The notes beneath the pieces are model-generated. The model was not told the origin of the DNA. It saw only the letters and a program-made list of their open reading frames with translations, and ran no database searches. A stretch of 64,000 nt of DNA from an uncultured Blautia sp. (GTDB lineage: Bacteria > Bacillota > Clostridia > Lachnospirales > Lachnospiraceae), in the NCBI GenBank assembly GCA_946626695.1, contig CAMOUV010000001.1, forward strand, positions 3,339 to 67,338. Direction: 5' to 3'. Below, in pieces: positions 37,247 to 46,918 of this stretch. A program made the translations under genes and the position numbers. Each line of letters opens with the position of its first letter. Within the stretch, counting starts at the first letter, position 1.

Positions 37247-38605
37247 CTACCTTTCCAGAATGTCGGTAATGTCCCGCAGTCCGCGGTTCGTGGTGACAAT
37301 GATGACAGAGTCGTCGATCTGGATCATGTCCTGGCCGCGGGGGATACGGATCTCGCCGCGGCGGTTGATGCAGGCCACCAGCAGGTCCTTTTTGAGGTTC
37401 AGCTTTGCCAGAGGAACGCCCACCACCGGAGAAGACTCACGGATCCGGAACTCCAGCGCTTCCGCCCGGTTGTCCAGAATATGGTACAGTGTCTCCACAT
37501 TGCTTCCGATGCTGTTCTGCATGGCACGTACATACTGCAGAATATAATCGGCGGTGATGTATTTGGGATAGATCACGCTTCCGATATCCAGCTCATCGAT
37601 GACATCATCGTAGGAAAGCCGGTTGACCTTGGCGATCCGTTTGGCGTTGGAATACTTGCGGGCGGACAGGGAAAGGAAAATATTCTCCTCGTCCATATTG
37701 GTGAGGGTGACGACCGCTTCCGCCTGCCGGAGCCCTTCCTCGAGAAGCAGAGAACGGTCGGTGCCGTCCCCGCAGATGATGGTGGCCTCCGGGAGCAGCT
37801 CGCACAGAAGCTCACACCGGTCCTTGTCCTTCTCGATGATCTTGACGGAGATCTTCATTTCCATCAGCATCTGGGCCAGATAATAAGAGATGGTGCCGCC
37901 GCCGATAATCATGGCATCCCGCACCTGCGTGGTCTTCAGACCAATCTTCCGGAAGAAAAGGGCAGCGTTCCGGGGTGTGGTCATCACGGAAATCAGGTCT
38001 CCGTCATGCACCACCGAGTCGCCGTTGGGGATCTCGATGCCGCGGTTGTTCTCTATGGCGCAGAACAGCATGTCAAAATGAAAGCGTTCCGCGATCGTTG
38101 ACAGGGAAAGATCGTTCAGCCCGAATTCGGGTTCGACCTTGAATTTGATCAGCTCCACCTTCCCCCTGGCGAAGGTATCGATCTTCATGGCGGAAGGGAA
38201 ACGGAGAATCCGGGAGATCTCCATGGCAGCGGCATACTCCGGATTGATGAAGGCGGAAAGCCCCAGCCTCTCACGGATAAAACCGATCTCCTTGCTGTAG
38301 ATGGGATTGCGTACCCGGGCGATGGTGTGACATTTGCTGGTCTTCTGTGCGATGAGGCAGCAGAGCAGATTCAGCTCGTCCGAGTTGGTTACCGCGATCA
38401 GGATGTCGGTGGATTCGATACCGGCCTCCATCAGGGTATTGATACTGGCGCCATTGCCGACGATGGCCAGCGCGTCGATATCGTCGCTCAGCTCGTTCAG
38501 CTTGCTTTCCCGGGTATCCACCAGGGTCAGATCTATGTTTTCTTCCTGCAGCTGTTCTGCAAGGGTACGTCCCACTTTGCCGCAGCCGACTATCATTACT
38601 CTCAT
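37247..38605 (-). CDS. trkA: Trk potassium uptake RCK regulatory subunit
   Basis: MRVMIVGCGKVG, VTNSDELN, TIARVRN, second RCK_N IIGGG. Start at 38605 after GAGG. Confidence 0.95.
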   Translation of the reverse strand: MRVMIVGCGKVGRTLAEQLQEENIDLTLVDTRESKLNELSDDIDALAIVGNGASINTLMEAGIESTDILIAVTNSDELNLLCCLIAQKTSKCHTIARVRNPIYSKEIGFIRERLGLSAFINPEYAAAMEISRILRFPSAMKIDTFARGKVELIKFKVEPEFGLNDLSLSTIAERFHFDMLFCAIENNRGIEIPNGDSVVHDGDLISVMTTPRNAALFFRKIGLKTTQVRDAMIIGGGTISYYLAQMLMEMKISVKIIEKDKDRCELLCELLPEATIICGDGTDRSLLLEEGLRQAEAVVTLTNMDEENIFLSLSARKYSNAKRIAKVNRLSYDDVIDELDIGSVIYPKYITADYILQYVRAMQNSIGSNVETLYHILDNRAEALEFRIRESSPVVGVPLAKLNLKKDLLVACINRRGEIRIPRGQDMIQIDDSVIIVTTNRGLRDITDILER

Positions 38606-38663
38606 GATCCACCTCGTATTTGTGTTGTATGAACAATGCGGTTCCACATGAACCGTACATTTC

Positions 38664-38691
38664 ATTATAACACTCCCGGTTTTTTTATCAA
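38664..38691 (-). promoter_or_regulatory. sigma-A promoter of trkA-trkH
   Basis: Minus strand TTGATA-16 bp-TATAAT with TG extension. Confidence 0.6.
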
Positions 38692-38740
38692 TCCTTTTTC
38701 ACAGAATTCCCTTCGATTCACGTTGCGGTTCACGGGCATC

Positions 38741-39340
38741 TCAGTACATGTGCGCCGCGAGAATGGCCCGGATGGTGTGATACAGATCCGGCTTGTAGGC
38801 GGAAAGCTCCACCGGCTGCTGGAAAAGAATGCAGCTGTAGCACGCCGAACCCACCAGTTCCAGGATGGAAAAAAGCATCAGCTCCGGATCCCGGTATCGG
38901 ACGCCGGCCTGGCGCAGGATATCGGGGAAGGCATTTCCGTAGGGATCGTCCTCCTCCGAGATCTCGCGGTCCAGGATCCCGCGGAACATCCCCCAGGAAA
39001 GATTCTTGGAGATAAAAATAAGAAGCGGATGATTATGCTCCAGCTCGTTCAGAATATAATCAACGATGAAAAGAAGCTGATCCTCGAAGGAGGTGAGGGA
39101 GGTCCCTGCCAGGGCGAGGCGCGCCTTATGAAACAGTTCTCCGGTTTTCCGGGAAACCAGCTTGTTCCGGATGTCGTACTTATCCTTGAAATAGAGATAA
39201 AAGGTTCCTTTTGCGACACCGGCCTGTTCCACGATGTCTGAGATGGTCGTTTTTGTCAGTCCCTTTGTGGTAAAAAGCTCAAAGGCGGTCTGGTACATGG
39301 CGTCCTTTTTTTGTTTTTTGTTTACTTCCAGTTTTCCCAT
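38741..39340 (-). CDS. TetR/AcrR family transcriptional regulator
   Basis: AFELFTTKGLTKTTISDIVEQAGVAKGTFYLYFKDK HTH. Confidence 0.93.
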   Translation of the reverse strand: MGKLEVNKKQKKDAMYQTAFELFTTKGLTKTTISDIVEQAGVAKGTFYLYFKDKYDIRNKLVSRKTGELFHKARLALAGTSLTSFEDQLLFIVDYILNELEHNHPLLIFISKNLSWGMFRGILDREISEEDDPYGNAFPDILRQAGVRYRDPELMLFSILELVGSACYSCILFQQPVELSAYKPDLYHTIRAILAAHMY

Positions 39341-39415
39341 TTTAAATCACCCCGCAAAAAAACTTCCGGCACGGTCCGACAGCGGGAGACCGGCCTTTTC
39401 TGTACAGTATGAAGC

Positions 39416-39521
39416 AAAAATGACCGTAAGTCAATTATTTTCCTGAAAATAAAGAAAATAGTTGACTAATGGTCATTTTTGGAGTATAACAGGAACGTGA
39501 TAAAAAATGACCGACAGTCAA
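39416..39521. promoter_or_regulatory. Three AAAAATGAC-N5-GTCAA operator sites and the MMPL-operon promoter
   Basis: Sites at 39416-39434, 39462-39480 (inverted) and 39503-39521; TTGACT(39462)-17 bp-TATAAC(39485-39490) overlaps site 2. Confidence 0.8.
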
Positions 39522-39598
39522 AAAGCCCGAAGAGGAATGGACAGACAGCGAAGTTCGGGTCTTTTGGCAAGTAACAGAAAAAGAAGGAGAAGAGAAGA

Positions 39599-41731
39599 AT
39601 GATACAGACAGGGAAATGGATTGCAAAACATAAAAAGCTGATCCTCCTGATCTCCGTGCTGCTTCTGATCCCGTCCGCGTTCGGGTATGTATCCACCAGA
39701 GTCAATTATGACCTGCTGAGCTACCTGCCCACATCGCTGGATACGGTGAAGGGCCAGAACATCATGGTGGATGATTTCGGGATGGGAGCTTTTTCCATGA
39801 TCGTTGTTGAGGACATGCCTTTGAAGGATGTCGCCGCTATGAAGGAGGATCTGGAGAAGGTGGATCATGTGAAGAGCGTTCTCTGGTATGACAGCATCAT
39901 GGATCTGTCGGTGCCGGTGGAAATGCTTCCGGAGAGGATCCGGGAGGCGTTCTTCCAGGGAGACGCCACGATGATGATCGCGCTTTTTGATGACTCCACA
40001 TCCTCCGACGCTTCCATGAAAGCCGTGGAGGATCTGCGGAAGATCGTGAAGAAGGACTGTTTTGTGAGCGGCATGACCAGCGTGATCCTGGACGTTCGGG
40101 ATCTTGCCATGCAGGAAATGCCGATCTATGTGGTGATCGCCGCCCTCCTTTCCCTGGTGGTCCTGATGCTGGCCATGGAATCGACGCTGGTGCCTGTATT
40201 GTTCCTCTTAAGCATCGGCTTTGCCGTGGTCTACAACCTGGGCACCAATTTCCTGATGGGACAGATTTCCTATGTGACCCAGGCGCTGGCGGCGGTGCTG
40301 CAGCTGGGTGTGACCATGGATTACTCCATCTTCCTGCTGCACAGCTATCAGCGTTTCAAAAAGGAAATGGAAGGAGACAATGATACGGCCATGGCCTATG
40401 CCATAGCGGCCACCTTCAAATCCGTGGTCGGAAGCTCCGTTACCACCATCGCAGGGTTTGTGGCTCTTTGCTTCATGACCTTCACGCTGGGGCTGGATAT
40501 GGGGATCGTCATGGCCAAGGGTGTCGTGATCGGAGTGATCGTCTGCATCACGGTGCTGCCGGCGATGGTGCTCCTTTTTGACAAGGCGATCGAAAAGACG
40601 ACCCACCGCTCGATCCTTCCTTCCTTTGAAAAAACATCGGCTTTCATCACAAAGCATTCGATCTTCGGACTGGTCCTGTTTGCAGTGCTCTTGTATCCGG
40701 CCGTATACGGCAACAATCATGTGAATGTTTACTACAATATGGATGCCACGCTTCCGAAGGATCTGCCGAGCCAGGTGGCCAACGCAAAGCTGGAAGAGGA
40801 CTTCAACATGAACACCGTCCACATGGTGATGCTGAAAAAAGGAATGTCCTCCAGCGACAAGATTGCCATGAGCGATGAGATCAAAGCGCTGGACGGTGTC
40901 CGCTGGGCACTGGGGGGAAGCACGCTGATCGGCCCGGCCTTCCCGGAATCCATGATCCCGCAGACGCTTCGGGACAAGCTGGAGAGCGACGAGTACGAGA
41001 TGCTTTTTGTCTGCTCGGAGTACCATGTGGCCACGCCGGAGATCAACCGGCAGATCGACCAGCTGAAGGAGATCGTGGAACGGTACAGTCCGTCCTCTCT
41101 GGTGATCGGCGAAGGACCGCTGACCGAGGATCTGATCAAGGTGACGGATACGGACTTCAAAAACGTGAGCGCGGTATCCATCATCGCGATCCTGGTGATC
41201 ATCCTGATTGTGTTCCGTTCGGTGTCCCTGCCGTTCATCCTGGTGGCCGTGATCGAATTTGCCATTTTCATCAACATGGCGGTGCCTTACTACCAGGGCG
41301 TCACGCTTCCCTTTGTGGCGAGCATTATCATCGGAACGGTACAGCTGGGGTCCACCGTTGACTACGCGATCCTGATGACCAGCCGCTTTCAGGCCGAAAG
41401 GTCGGCGGGGAAGAGCAAGAAGGAAGCCATCGCCATCGCCCACAGCGCCAACATGAAATCCATCGTGACAAGCGGTCTGGCTTTCTTTGCGGCGACCTTC
41501 GGCGTAGGTCTGTACTCCGAGGTAGATATGATCAGTGCGATCTGCACGCTGCTGGCCAGAGGCGCTTTGGTCAGCATGGCGGTGGTGCTCCTGGTGCTGC
41601 CGGCCATGTTCATGATCTTTGATCCGCTGATCTGCCATACATCGATGGGCTTTCTGCCCCCGAAGGCAAAGAAAAACAAAAACCAGAACGCAGTATCGGA
41701 CACGGATCTGCGCTCATCACATACCGCGTAA
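39599..41731 (+). CDS. MMPL/RND-family transporter
   Basis: Two repeats of TM + extracytoplasmic domain + 5 TM; QLGVTMDYSIFL and QLGSTVDYAILM motifs. Confidence 0.9.
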   Translation: MIQTGKWIAKHKKLILLISVLLLIPSAFGYVSTRVNYDLLSYLPTSLDTVKGQNIMVDDFGMGAFSMIVVEDMPLKDVAAMKEDLEKVDHVKSVLWYDSIMDLSVPVEMLPERIREAFFQGDATMMIALFDDSTSSDASMKAVEDLRKIVKKDCFVSGMTSVILDVRDLAMQEMPIYVVIAALLSLVVLMLAMESTLVPVLFLLSIGFAVVYNLGTNFLMGQISYVTQALAAVLQLGVTMDYSIFLLHSYQRFKKEMEGDNDTAMAYAIAATFKSVVGSSVTTIAGFVALCFMTFTLGLDMGIVMAKGVVIGVIVCITVLPAMVLLFDKAIEKTTHRSILPSFEKTSAFITKHSIFGLVLFAVLLYPAVYGNNHVNVYYNMDATLPKDLPSQVANAKLEEDFNMNTVHMVMLKKGMSSSDKIAMSDEIKALDGVRWALGGSTLIGPAFPESMIPQTLRDKLESDEYEMLFVCSEYHVATPEINRQIDQLKEIVERYSPSSLVIGEGPLTEDLIKVTDTDFKNVSAVSIIAILVIILIVFRSVSLPFILVAVIEFAIFINMAVPYYQGVTLPFVASIIIGTVQLGSTVDYAILMTSRFQAERSAGKSKKEAIAIAHSANMKSIVTSGLAFFAATFGVGLYSEVDMISAICTLLARGALVSMAVVLLVLPAMFMIFDPLICHTSMGFLPPKAKKNKNQNAVSDTDLRSSHTA

Positions 41732-41789
41732 GGAGCTGCTCTGCTTCTGCAACAGATCCTGAGCTTCATCTGGATGGAGGAATGATAGT

Positions 41790-44700
41790 ATGAACAGAAA
41801 CAGGAAAATAGCAAGTGTGACCATGGCAGCAGGAATGGCTGTGGTTCTGGGCAGCAGCCCGGTCCTTGCCGCCGGAGACGAAACGCTTCCGGTGACGAAG
41901 GAAGAGACCGTATACGTCAATGCAGATGCGTCCGGAGAGACCGAACAGATCATCGTTTCCGACTGGCTGAAAAATTCCGGGAATGCCGGAGGCCAGGTGG
42001 AAGATCTGTCAGATCTTTCGGATATTGAAAATGTGAAGGGCGATGAGACCTTTACCCAGGAAGGAAGCAGGCTGATATGGAATACAGACGGGGCCGATAT
42101 CTATTATCAGGGAACCACGGACAAAGAGCTTCCGGTTTCCATGAAGATCACCTATTATCTGGACGGGCAGGAGATCAGCGCGAAGGAGCTGGCAGGAAAG
42201 AGTGGTCATCTTCGCATGGAGGTTTCGTATGAGAACCATACCGGAGTGGAAAAAATGATCGGCGGAGAAAAGACCACGGTGTATTCCCCCTTCCTTCTGG
42301 CCACGGCCACGCTGCTTCCGACAGACAAATTCACCAATGTGGAGGTGACCAACGGGAAGCTGATCTCGGACGGCAGCCGGGATGTGGTGATCGGATTTGC
42401 GATCCCGGGACTTCAGGAGAGCCTCGATCTTCCGGAAGAGCTTACGGATGAGCTCGAGATCCCGGAAGGTTTTTCCATGGAGGCGGATGTGACGGACTGC
42501 GAACTGAATTCCACCTATACCATCGCCCTGACGGACAGCATCAAGGATCTGGACCTGACCGGCATGGACGGGCTGGACAGCCTGAAGGACAAGATGGATC
42601 AGCTGGAAGAGGCTTCGATGAAGCTGGTGGACGGATCCGGTGAACTGTATGACGGCGTGGATACATTATATACGAAATACAAGGATTTCCACGATGGCGT
42701 GAAGGAGCTGATGAACGGCTCTGCCGAGCTGAACAGCGGCGTGGGGACGCTTGCCTCCGGCGCCGGCGATCTGGCGGATGGAGCGGCAGCTCTCCGGGAC
42801 GGCGCAAGGGATCTGAACAGCGGCGTATCCCAGGTGAATTCCGGGGCTGCGGAACTGGACAGCGGTGCGGGAGAGCTGCGGGACGGCGCCCGGGAACTGG
42901 CAACGGGAGCCCTGCAGGTGAACAGCGGAACGACTGCGCTGTATGACGGTGCGGTGCAGCTGCGGGACGGCGCCCGGGAACTGAGTACGGGAGCCGGATC
43001 CCTGAAGAGCGGAGCATCGGAAGTAAACGACGGTGCAGTGAAGCTTCGCGACGGAGCAAAGGAACTGAGCGCCGGCGCCGATACGCTGAAAGATGGTATT
43101 CAGAGTGCGAAGAGCGGGACGGACGAACTGAAAAGCGGCGCAGCCAGCCTGAATACCGGTGCCGGAACCTTGAAAGCCGGTACCCGGAAGCTTTCCGACG
43201 GAGCGAAGGATCTGGCAGGCGGCGCAGGACAGCTGTCCTCAGGCGTAAAGAATTACACGGACGGAGCGGACAGTCTCTCTGCCGGCGTACAGCAATTCGT
43301 AAGCGGCGTACAGGAAGCACTCACCAAGGTTTCTGAGTACGGGAAAGGCGTGAATACGCTGGCAGAAGGCGTAAAGTCCTATGTGGCCGGCAGCAGCCAG
43401 CTGACCGCCGGTGTAACAGAGTATACGACCGGAGCAGCTTCGCTGGCCAACGGAGTCTTGAGCCTGAACGAGAAATCCGGCGCGCTGATCAGCGGCATCA
43501 CGGATCTTTCCGACGGGATCGATGCATATACATCGGGCGTAGAGTCCGTAAAGAAAGGCTTTGATCAGTATTCGCAGGCTGTCGGTACTCTTTCACAGGG
43601 AACGGCGGCCTTGCAGGAAGGGGCAAAGGCTCTTCCGGATGGAATGGCATCTCTTTCGGAAGGAATCACTGCGGCACAGACAGGAGCTGCGGATCTGCAG
43701 ACCGGCAGCGATTCGCTCGCGTCGAACCTCTCCTCCATAGCAGAGCAGCTGCAGACGGCGGCCGGATCGGTTCCTTCCGTGGATCTTTCCGGCATCAGCG
43801 GTGCGAAGGACAACATCGCAGGAGGGCTTACCACCGCGCAGACCGGTGTTCAGTCCGCAGCCGGATCCGCAGCATCCGTACAGGCAGACCTGACACAGGC
43901 AGCTGCCGTTCTCCAGGGAATCGACACGAGCGCACTGTCTCCGGAAGCCCAGACCGCCATTGCCGGTGCCCTCGCCCAGATCGGGGCGGCGGGAACAGAC
44001 CTTGGCGGGGTATCCGCGGGACTTACCAGCGCGGGCGGCGGACTGCAGACAGCCGCAGCCGGAGCCGAAGCGATCGGTACGGCGGCAGCATCGTTGTCAG
44101 GGATCGATGTATCCGGGATCCAGAGCAGTCTGACTGCCGCCGCTTCCGGAATCAGCCAGTGCGCAGACGGAGCCGGCCGGCTCAGTGCAGGGATCACCCA
44201 GCTGTCCGGCGGACTCACCCAGCTGAAGAGCGGCGCCGATGCGGCGAAGCAGGGAGCTTCCGAAGTCGTTGACAATCTGGGCAAGGTTTCGGAAGGGCTG
44301 AAGGAGCTGGCTTCCAACACACAGCTTACCGAAGGACTGGAGGAGCTCTCCTCCAAGGGAACGGAACTCTCTTCCGGTGCACAGCAGCTGAGCGGTGCCG
44401 TTCCGGAACTGAGCACGGGTCTTTCCCAGCTGGCAGCAGGAGCCCGGACCCTGATCTCTTCCGGCCAGACACTGGCGGCAGGGGCAAAATCTCTGCAGGA
44501 GAACGATACTACACTGACATCCGGGGCAAACGAGCTTTCGGAGGCGACCGGTCAGCTTTCCGGCGGCCTTACACAGATCACGGATGCCGCCGGAAAACTC
44601 TCCGACGGCGCAAAGGAGCTCTCGGCAAACAGCGCAGCTTTGAACAGCGGTGCATCTCAGATCGCGGCGGGCTCGACAGCGCTCGCCTCCGGTGCCGCCG

Positions 44701-45446
44701 AATTGGATACCGGAGCCGCTGCTCTTTCCGGCGGCAGCGGGAAACTGTATGAGGGAATCCGCACTCTTTCTTCCGGCGCAGCCAGACTCTATGACGGAGC
44801 GGCAAATCTTGCGACCGGAGCCGGAACCCTGTACAGCGGGACGAGTACTCTTGCGTCAGGAACAAAGCAGCTCTCTGACGGAGCCGCCGAGCTCTCTACA
44901 GGAGCCGGAACCCTGTACAAAGGAACCCGGGATCTTACGTCCGGGACACAGACTCTTTCGAGCGGAACCTCTCAGCTTGCGGATGGCGCAAAGACATTGT
45001 ATGCCGGCACCAGAACACTGAAATCCGGGACGAGTGAGCTGAGCAGCGGCACTTCGAAGCTCGCAGAAGGAAGCAGTACTTTGTACAAAGGAACCCAGGA
45101 TCTGGCAGCCGGTTCCAACAAACTGTACGCCGGAACGGGAACATTACAGGACGGTACGCTCCAGCTGGCGGACGGAAGCCGTGACCTGTTCAAGGGCAGC
45201 CGTCAGGTGTATGACGGGATCGAAGATCTCCGGGACGGCGCTGAGCAGCTCCGGGATGGAGAAGAGAAATTCAACGAGCAAGGCATAGAAAGGCTGAAAG
45301 AGGTGCTCGGAGATGAGTTTGACAAGATCATGGATCGTCTCGCCGCGGTGCAGGATGAGGATGTGACCTACACCTCCTTTACGGAAAAAGCAGAAGGGAT
45401 GGACGGAAGCATCCGCTTCATCATCGAGACCGAGCCGGTACGATAA
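41790..45446 (+). CDS. Secreted X-X-X-Leu-X-X-Gly heptad-repeat protein (YhgE/Pip-N-like partner of MMPL)
   Basis: Signal peptide, TKEETVYV/YYQGT globular N-domain, roughly 880 residues dominated by xxxLxxG heptads, short C-terminal FIIETEPV. Confidence 0.85.
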   Translation: MNRNRKIASVTMAAGMAVVLGSSPVLAAGDETLPVTKEETVYVNADASGETEQIIVSDWLKNSGNAGGQVEDLSDLSDIENVKGDETFTQEGSRLIWNTDGADIYYQGTTDKELPVSMKITYYLDGQEISAKELAGKSGHLRMEVSYENHTGVEKMIGGEKTTVYSPFLLATATLLPTDKFTNVEVTNGKLISDGSRDVVIGFAIPGLQESLDLPEELTDELEIPEGFSMEADVTDCELNSTYTIALTDSIKDLDLTGMDGLDSLKDKMDQLEEASMKLVDGSGELYDGVDTLYTKYKDFHDGVKELMNGSAELNSGVGTLASGAGDLADGAAALRDGARDLNSGVSQVNSGAAELDSGAGELRDGARELATGALQVNSGTTALYDGAVQLRDGARELSTGAGSLKSGASEVNDGAVKLRDGAKELSAGADTLKDGIQSAKSGTDELKSGAASLNTGAGTLKAGTRKLSDGAKDLAGGAGQLSSGVKNYTDGADSLSAGVQQFVSGVQEALTKVSEYGKGVNTLAEGVKSYVAGSSQLTAGVTEYTTGAASLANGVLSLNEKSGALISGITDLSDGIDAYTSGVESVKKGFDQYSQAVGTLSQGTAALQEGAKALPDGMASLSEGITAAQTGAADLQTGSDSLASNLSSIAEQLQTAAGSVPSVDLSGISGAKDNIAGGLTTAQTGVQSAAGSAASVQADLTQAAAVLQGIDTSALSPEAQTAIAGALAQIGAAGTDLGGVSAGLTSAGGGLQTAAAGAEAIGTAAASLSGIDVSGIQSSLTAAASGISQCADGAGRLSAGITQLSGGLTQLKSGADAAKQGASEVVDNLGKVSEGLKELASNTQLTEGLEELSSKGTELSSGAQQLSGAVPELSTGLSQLAAGARTLISSGQTLAAGAKSLQENDTTLTSGANELSEATGQLSGGLTQITDAAGKLSDGAKELSANSAALNSGASQIAAGSTALASGAAELDTGAAALSGGSGKLYEGIRTLSSGAARLYDGAANLATGAGTLYSGTSTLASGTKQLSDGAAELSTGAGTLYKGTRDLTSGTQTLSSGTSQLADGAKTLYAGTRTLKSGTSELSSGTSKLAEGSSTLYKGTQDLAAGSNKLYAGTGTLQDGTLQLADGSRDLFKGSRQVYDGIEDLRDGAEQLRDGEEKFNEQGIERLKEVLGDEFDKIMDRLAAVQDEDVTYTSFTEKAEGMDGSIRFIIETEPVR

Positions 45447-45451
45447 ACTTT

Positions 45452-45513
45452 GAGCCGCGGGGGCGGTTTGAGTCACGGGGACAGGTTCCCTGACTCAAAC
45501 CCCTCCGCGACTC
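45452..45513. repeat. Second REP-like element (single unit with extended inverted repeats)
   Basis: GGTTTGAGTCA-cggggacaggttccc-TGACTCAAACC; 27 nt identical to 35716-35742. Confidence 0.8.
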
Positions 45514-45517
45514 GCTC

Positions 45518-45546
45518 TTGCGTCTTGTTTTCTTCTTTGCTATAAT
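45518..45546 (+). promoter_or_regulatory. sigma-A promoter of the ftsW-like gene
   Basis: TTGCGT-17 bp-TATAAT with TG extension. Confidence 0.65.
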
Positions 45547-45600
45547 CAGGAGATAAACTGTTGACATAGGTGCGGCTTTGCCGGATGAGCGGGTGTTTCC

Positions 45601-46812
45601 ATGGCGGATAGCAAACAGAAAAAGAATCCCCTGGCCCGGGTGTTCCCGGGGAATAAGGGGAAGCTGAAAGAAAAAAAATATGATTATTATGACTTCAGTC
45701 TGCTGGCGGTGATCATTCTTCTGACCTGTTTCGGCCTGGTCATGCTCTACAGCACCAGCGCCTATATGGCGGAGCTGGACTTCGATGACGACATGCATTA
45801 CTTCCGACGGCAGGCGCTGATCAGTGTGTTCAGCATTGCCATGGCGATCGTGATCTCGAAGATCGATTATCATATCCTTTCGAATTTCACCTCCATCGCC
45901 TATTTCGGATCCCTGTTTCTGATGGCCCTGGTCAAAACGCCCTTGGGGGTGACCTCCCACGGCGCGAGACGATGGCTGGGGGTTACGGAGACCATCAGCT
46001 TTCAGCCGGCGGAGGTGGCCAAGATCGCTTTGATCCTGTATCTGGCGCAGCTGGTCGTTACGATGGGACGAAGCATTCGGAGCACGCGGGCCTTTTTCCT
46101 GATGCTCATTGCGGGAGGCTTCCAGGCCTTTGCCGCCTATGCCTTTACAGACAACCTGAGTACCGCCATCATCATTCTCGGCATCACCGTAGGGATGGTG
46201 TTCATAGCCCATCCCAACAGGCGCCTTTTCTGGCTGTTGATGGGAGCCGGCGCTTTTGTGGTTCTCATCGCGGTCATCGTCATCATGACAACGATGCAGG
46301 GAAGCGACAACTTCCGGATCCAGCGTATCCTGGTATGGCTTCATCCCGAGGATTATGCTTCCGGGGACGGCTACCAGACGCTTCAGGCCCTGTATGCCAT
46401 CGGGTCCGGCGGATTTTTCGGAAGAGGGCTGGGCAACAGCATCCAGAAGCTCGGCAGTGTGCCGGAGGCGCAGAACGACTTCATTTTCTCCATCATCTGC
46501 GAAGAGCTGGGGATGGTGGGGGGCATCATCGTGCTTCTGTTTTTCGGCTATCTTCTGTACAGACTGTTTTTTATCGCCCAGAATGCCCCGGACATGTACG
46601 GGTCCCTGATCGTGACGGGGATCTTCATCCATATTTCTCTGCAGGTGATCCTGAACATTGCGGTGGTATTGAACATCCTTCCGAACACGGGCGTGACGCT
46701 GCCGTTTATCAGCTACGGGGGCACCTCGGTCCTCTTTCTGATGGCGGAAATGGGCCTTGCTCTTTCGGTGGCGAGAAAAATACGGCTGCAGGATTCACAA
46801 GTGCTGCTCTGA
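45601..46812 (+). CDS. SEDS family peptidoglycan polymerase (FtsW/RodA/SpoVE)
   Basis: FGLVMLYSTS, GARRW, FQPAEVAK, AIGSGG.FGRG, DFIFSIICEELG, TGVTLPFISYGG. Confidence 0.92.
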   Translation: MADSKQKKNPLARVFPGNKGKLKEKKYDYYDFSLLAVIILLTCFGLVMLYSTSAYMAELDFDDDMHYFRRQALISVFSIAMAIVISKIDYHILSNFTSIAYFGSLFLMALVKTPLGVTSHGARRWLGVTETISFQPAEVAKIALILYLAQLVVTMGRSIRSTRAFFLMLIAGGFQAFAAYAFTDNLSTAIIILGITVGMVFIAHPNRRLFWLLMGAGAFVVLIAVIVIMTTMQGSDNFRIQRILVWLHPEDYASGDGYQTLQALYAIGSGGFFGRGLGNSIQKLGSVPEAQNDFIFSIICEELGMVGGIIVLLFFGYLLYRLFFIAQNAPDMYGSLIVTGIFIHISLQVILNIAVVLNILPNTGVTLPFISYGGTSVLFLMAEMGLALSVARKIRLQDSQVLL

Positions 46813-46825
46813 CATGAACTAAGAC

Positions 46826-46854
46826 TTGACAAACAGAAAGACGGATACTATGAT
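46826..46854 (+). promoter_or_regulatory. sigma-A promoter of acpP
   Basis: TTGACA-17 bp-TATGAT. Confidence 0.75.
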
Positions 46855-46918
46855 GAAAATTGCAGCAGCGCCATGTGCTGCCTGCCAGGAAAAGAAAATG
46901 ATTTGAGGAGACAACACG

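Noticed and set aside
39436-39451. TATTTTC-CT-GAAAATA palindrome resembling a CodY box
   Set aside because: One base longer than AATTTTCWGAAAATT, and more simply explained as AT-rich UP-element sequence among the TetR operators
42600-45300. Treating the heptad protein as a methyl-accepting chemotaxis protein or phage tape measure
   Set aside because: No MCP hairpin-tip consensus or TM/HAMP domains and no phage genes nearby; the signal peptide and MMPL context fit the xxxLxxG family
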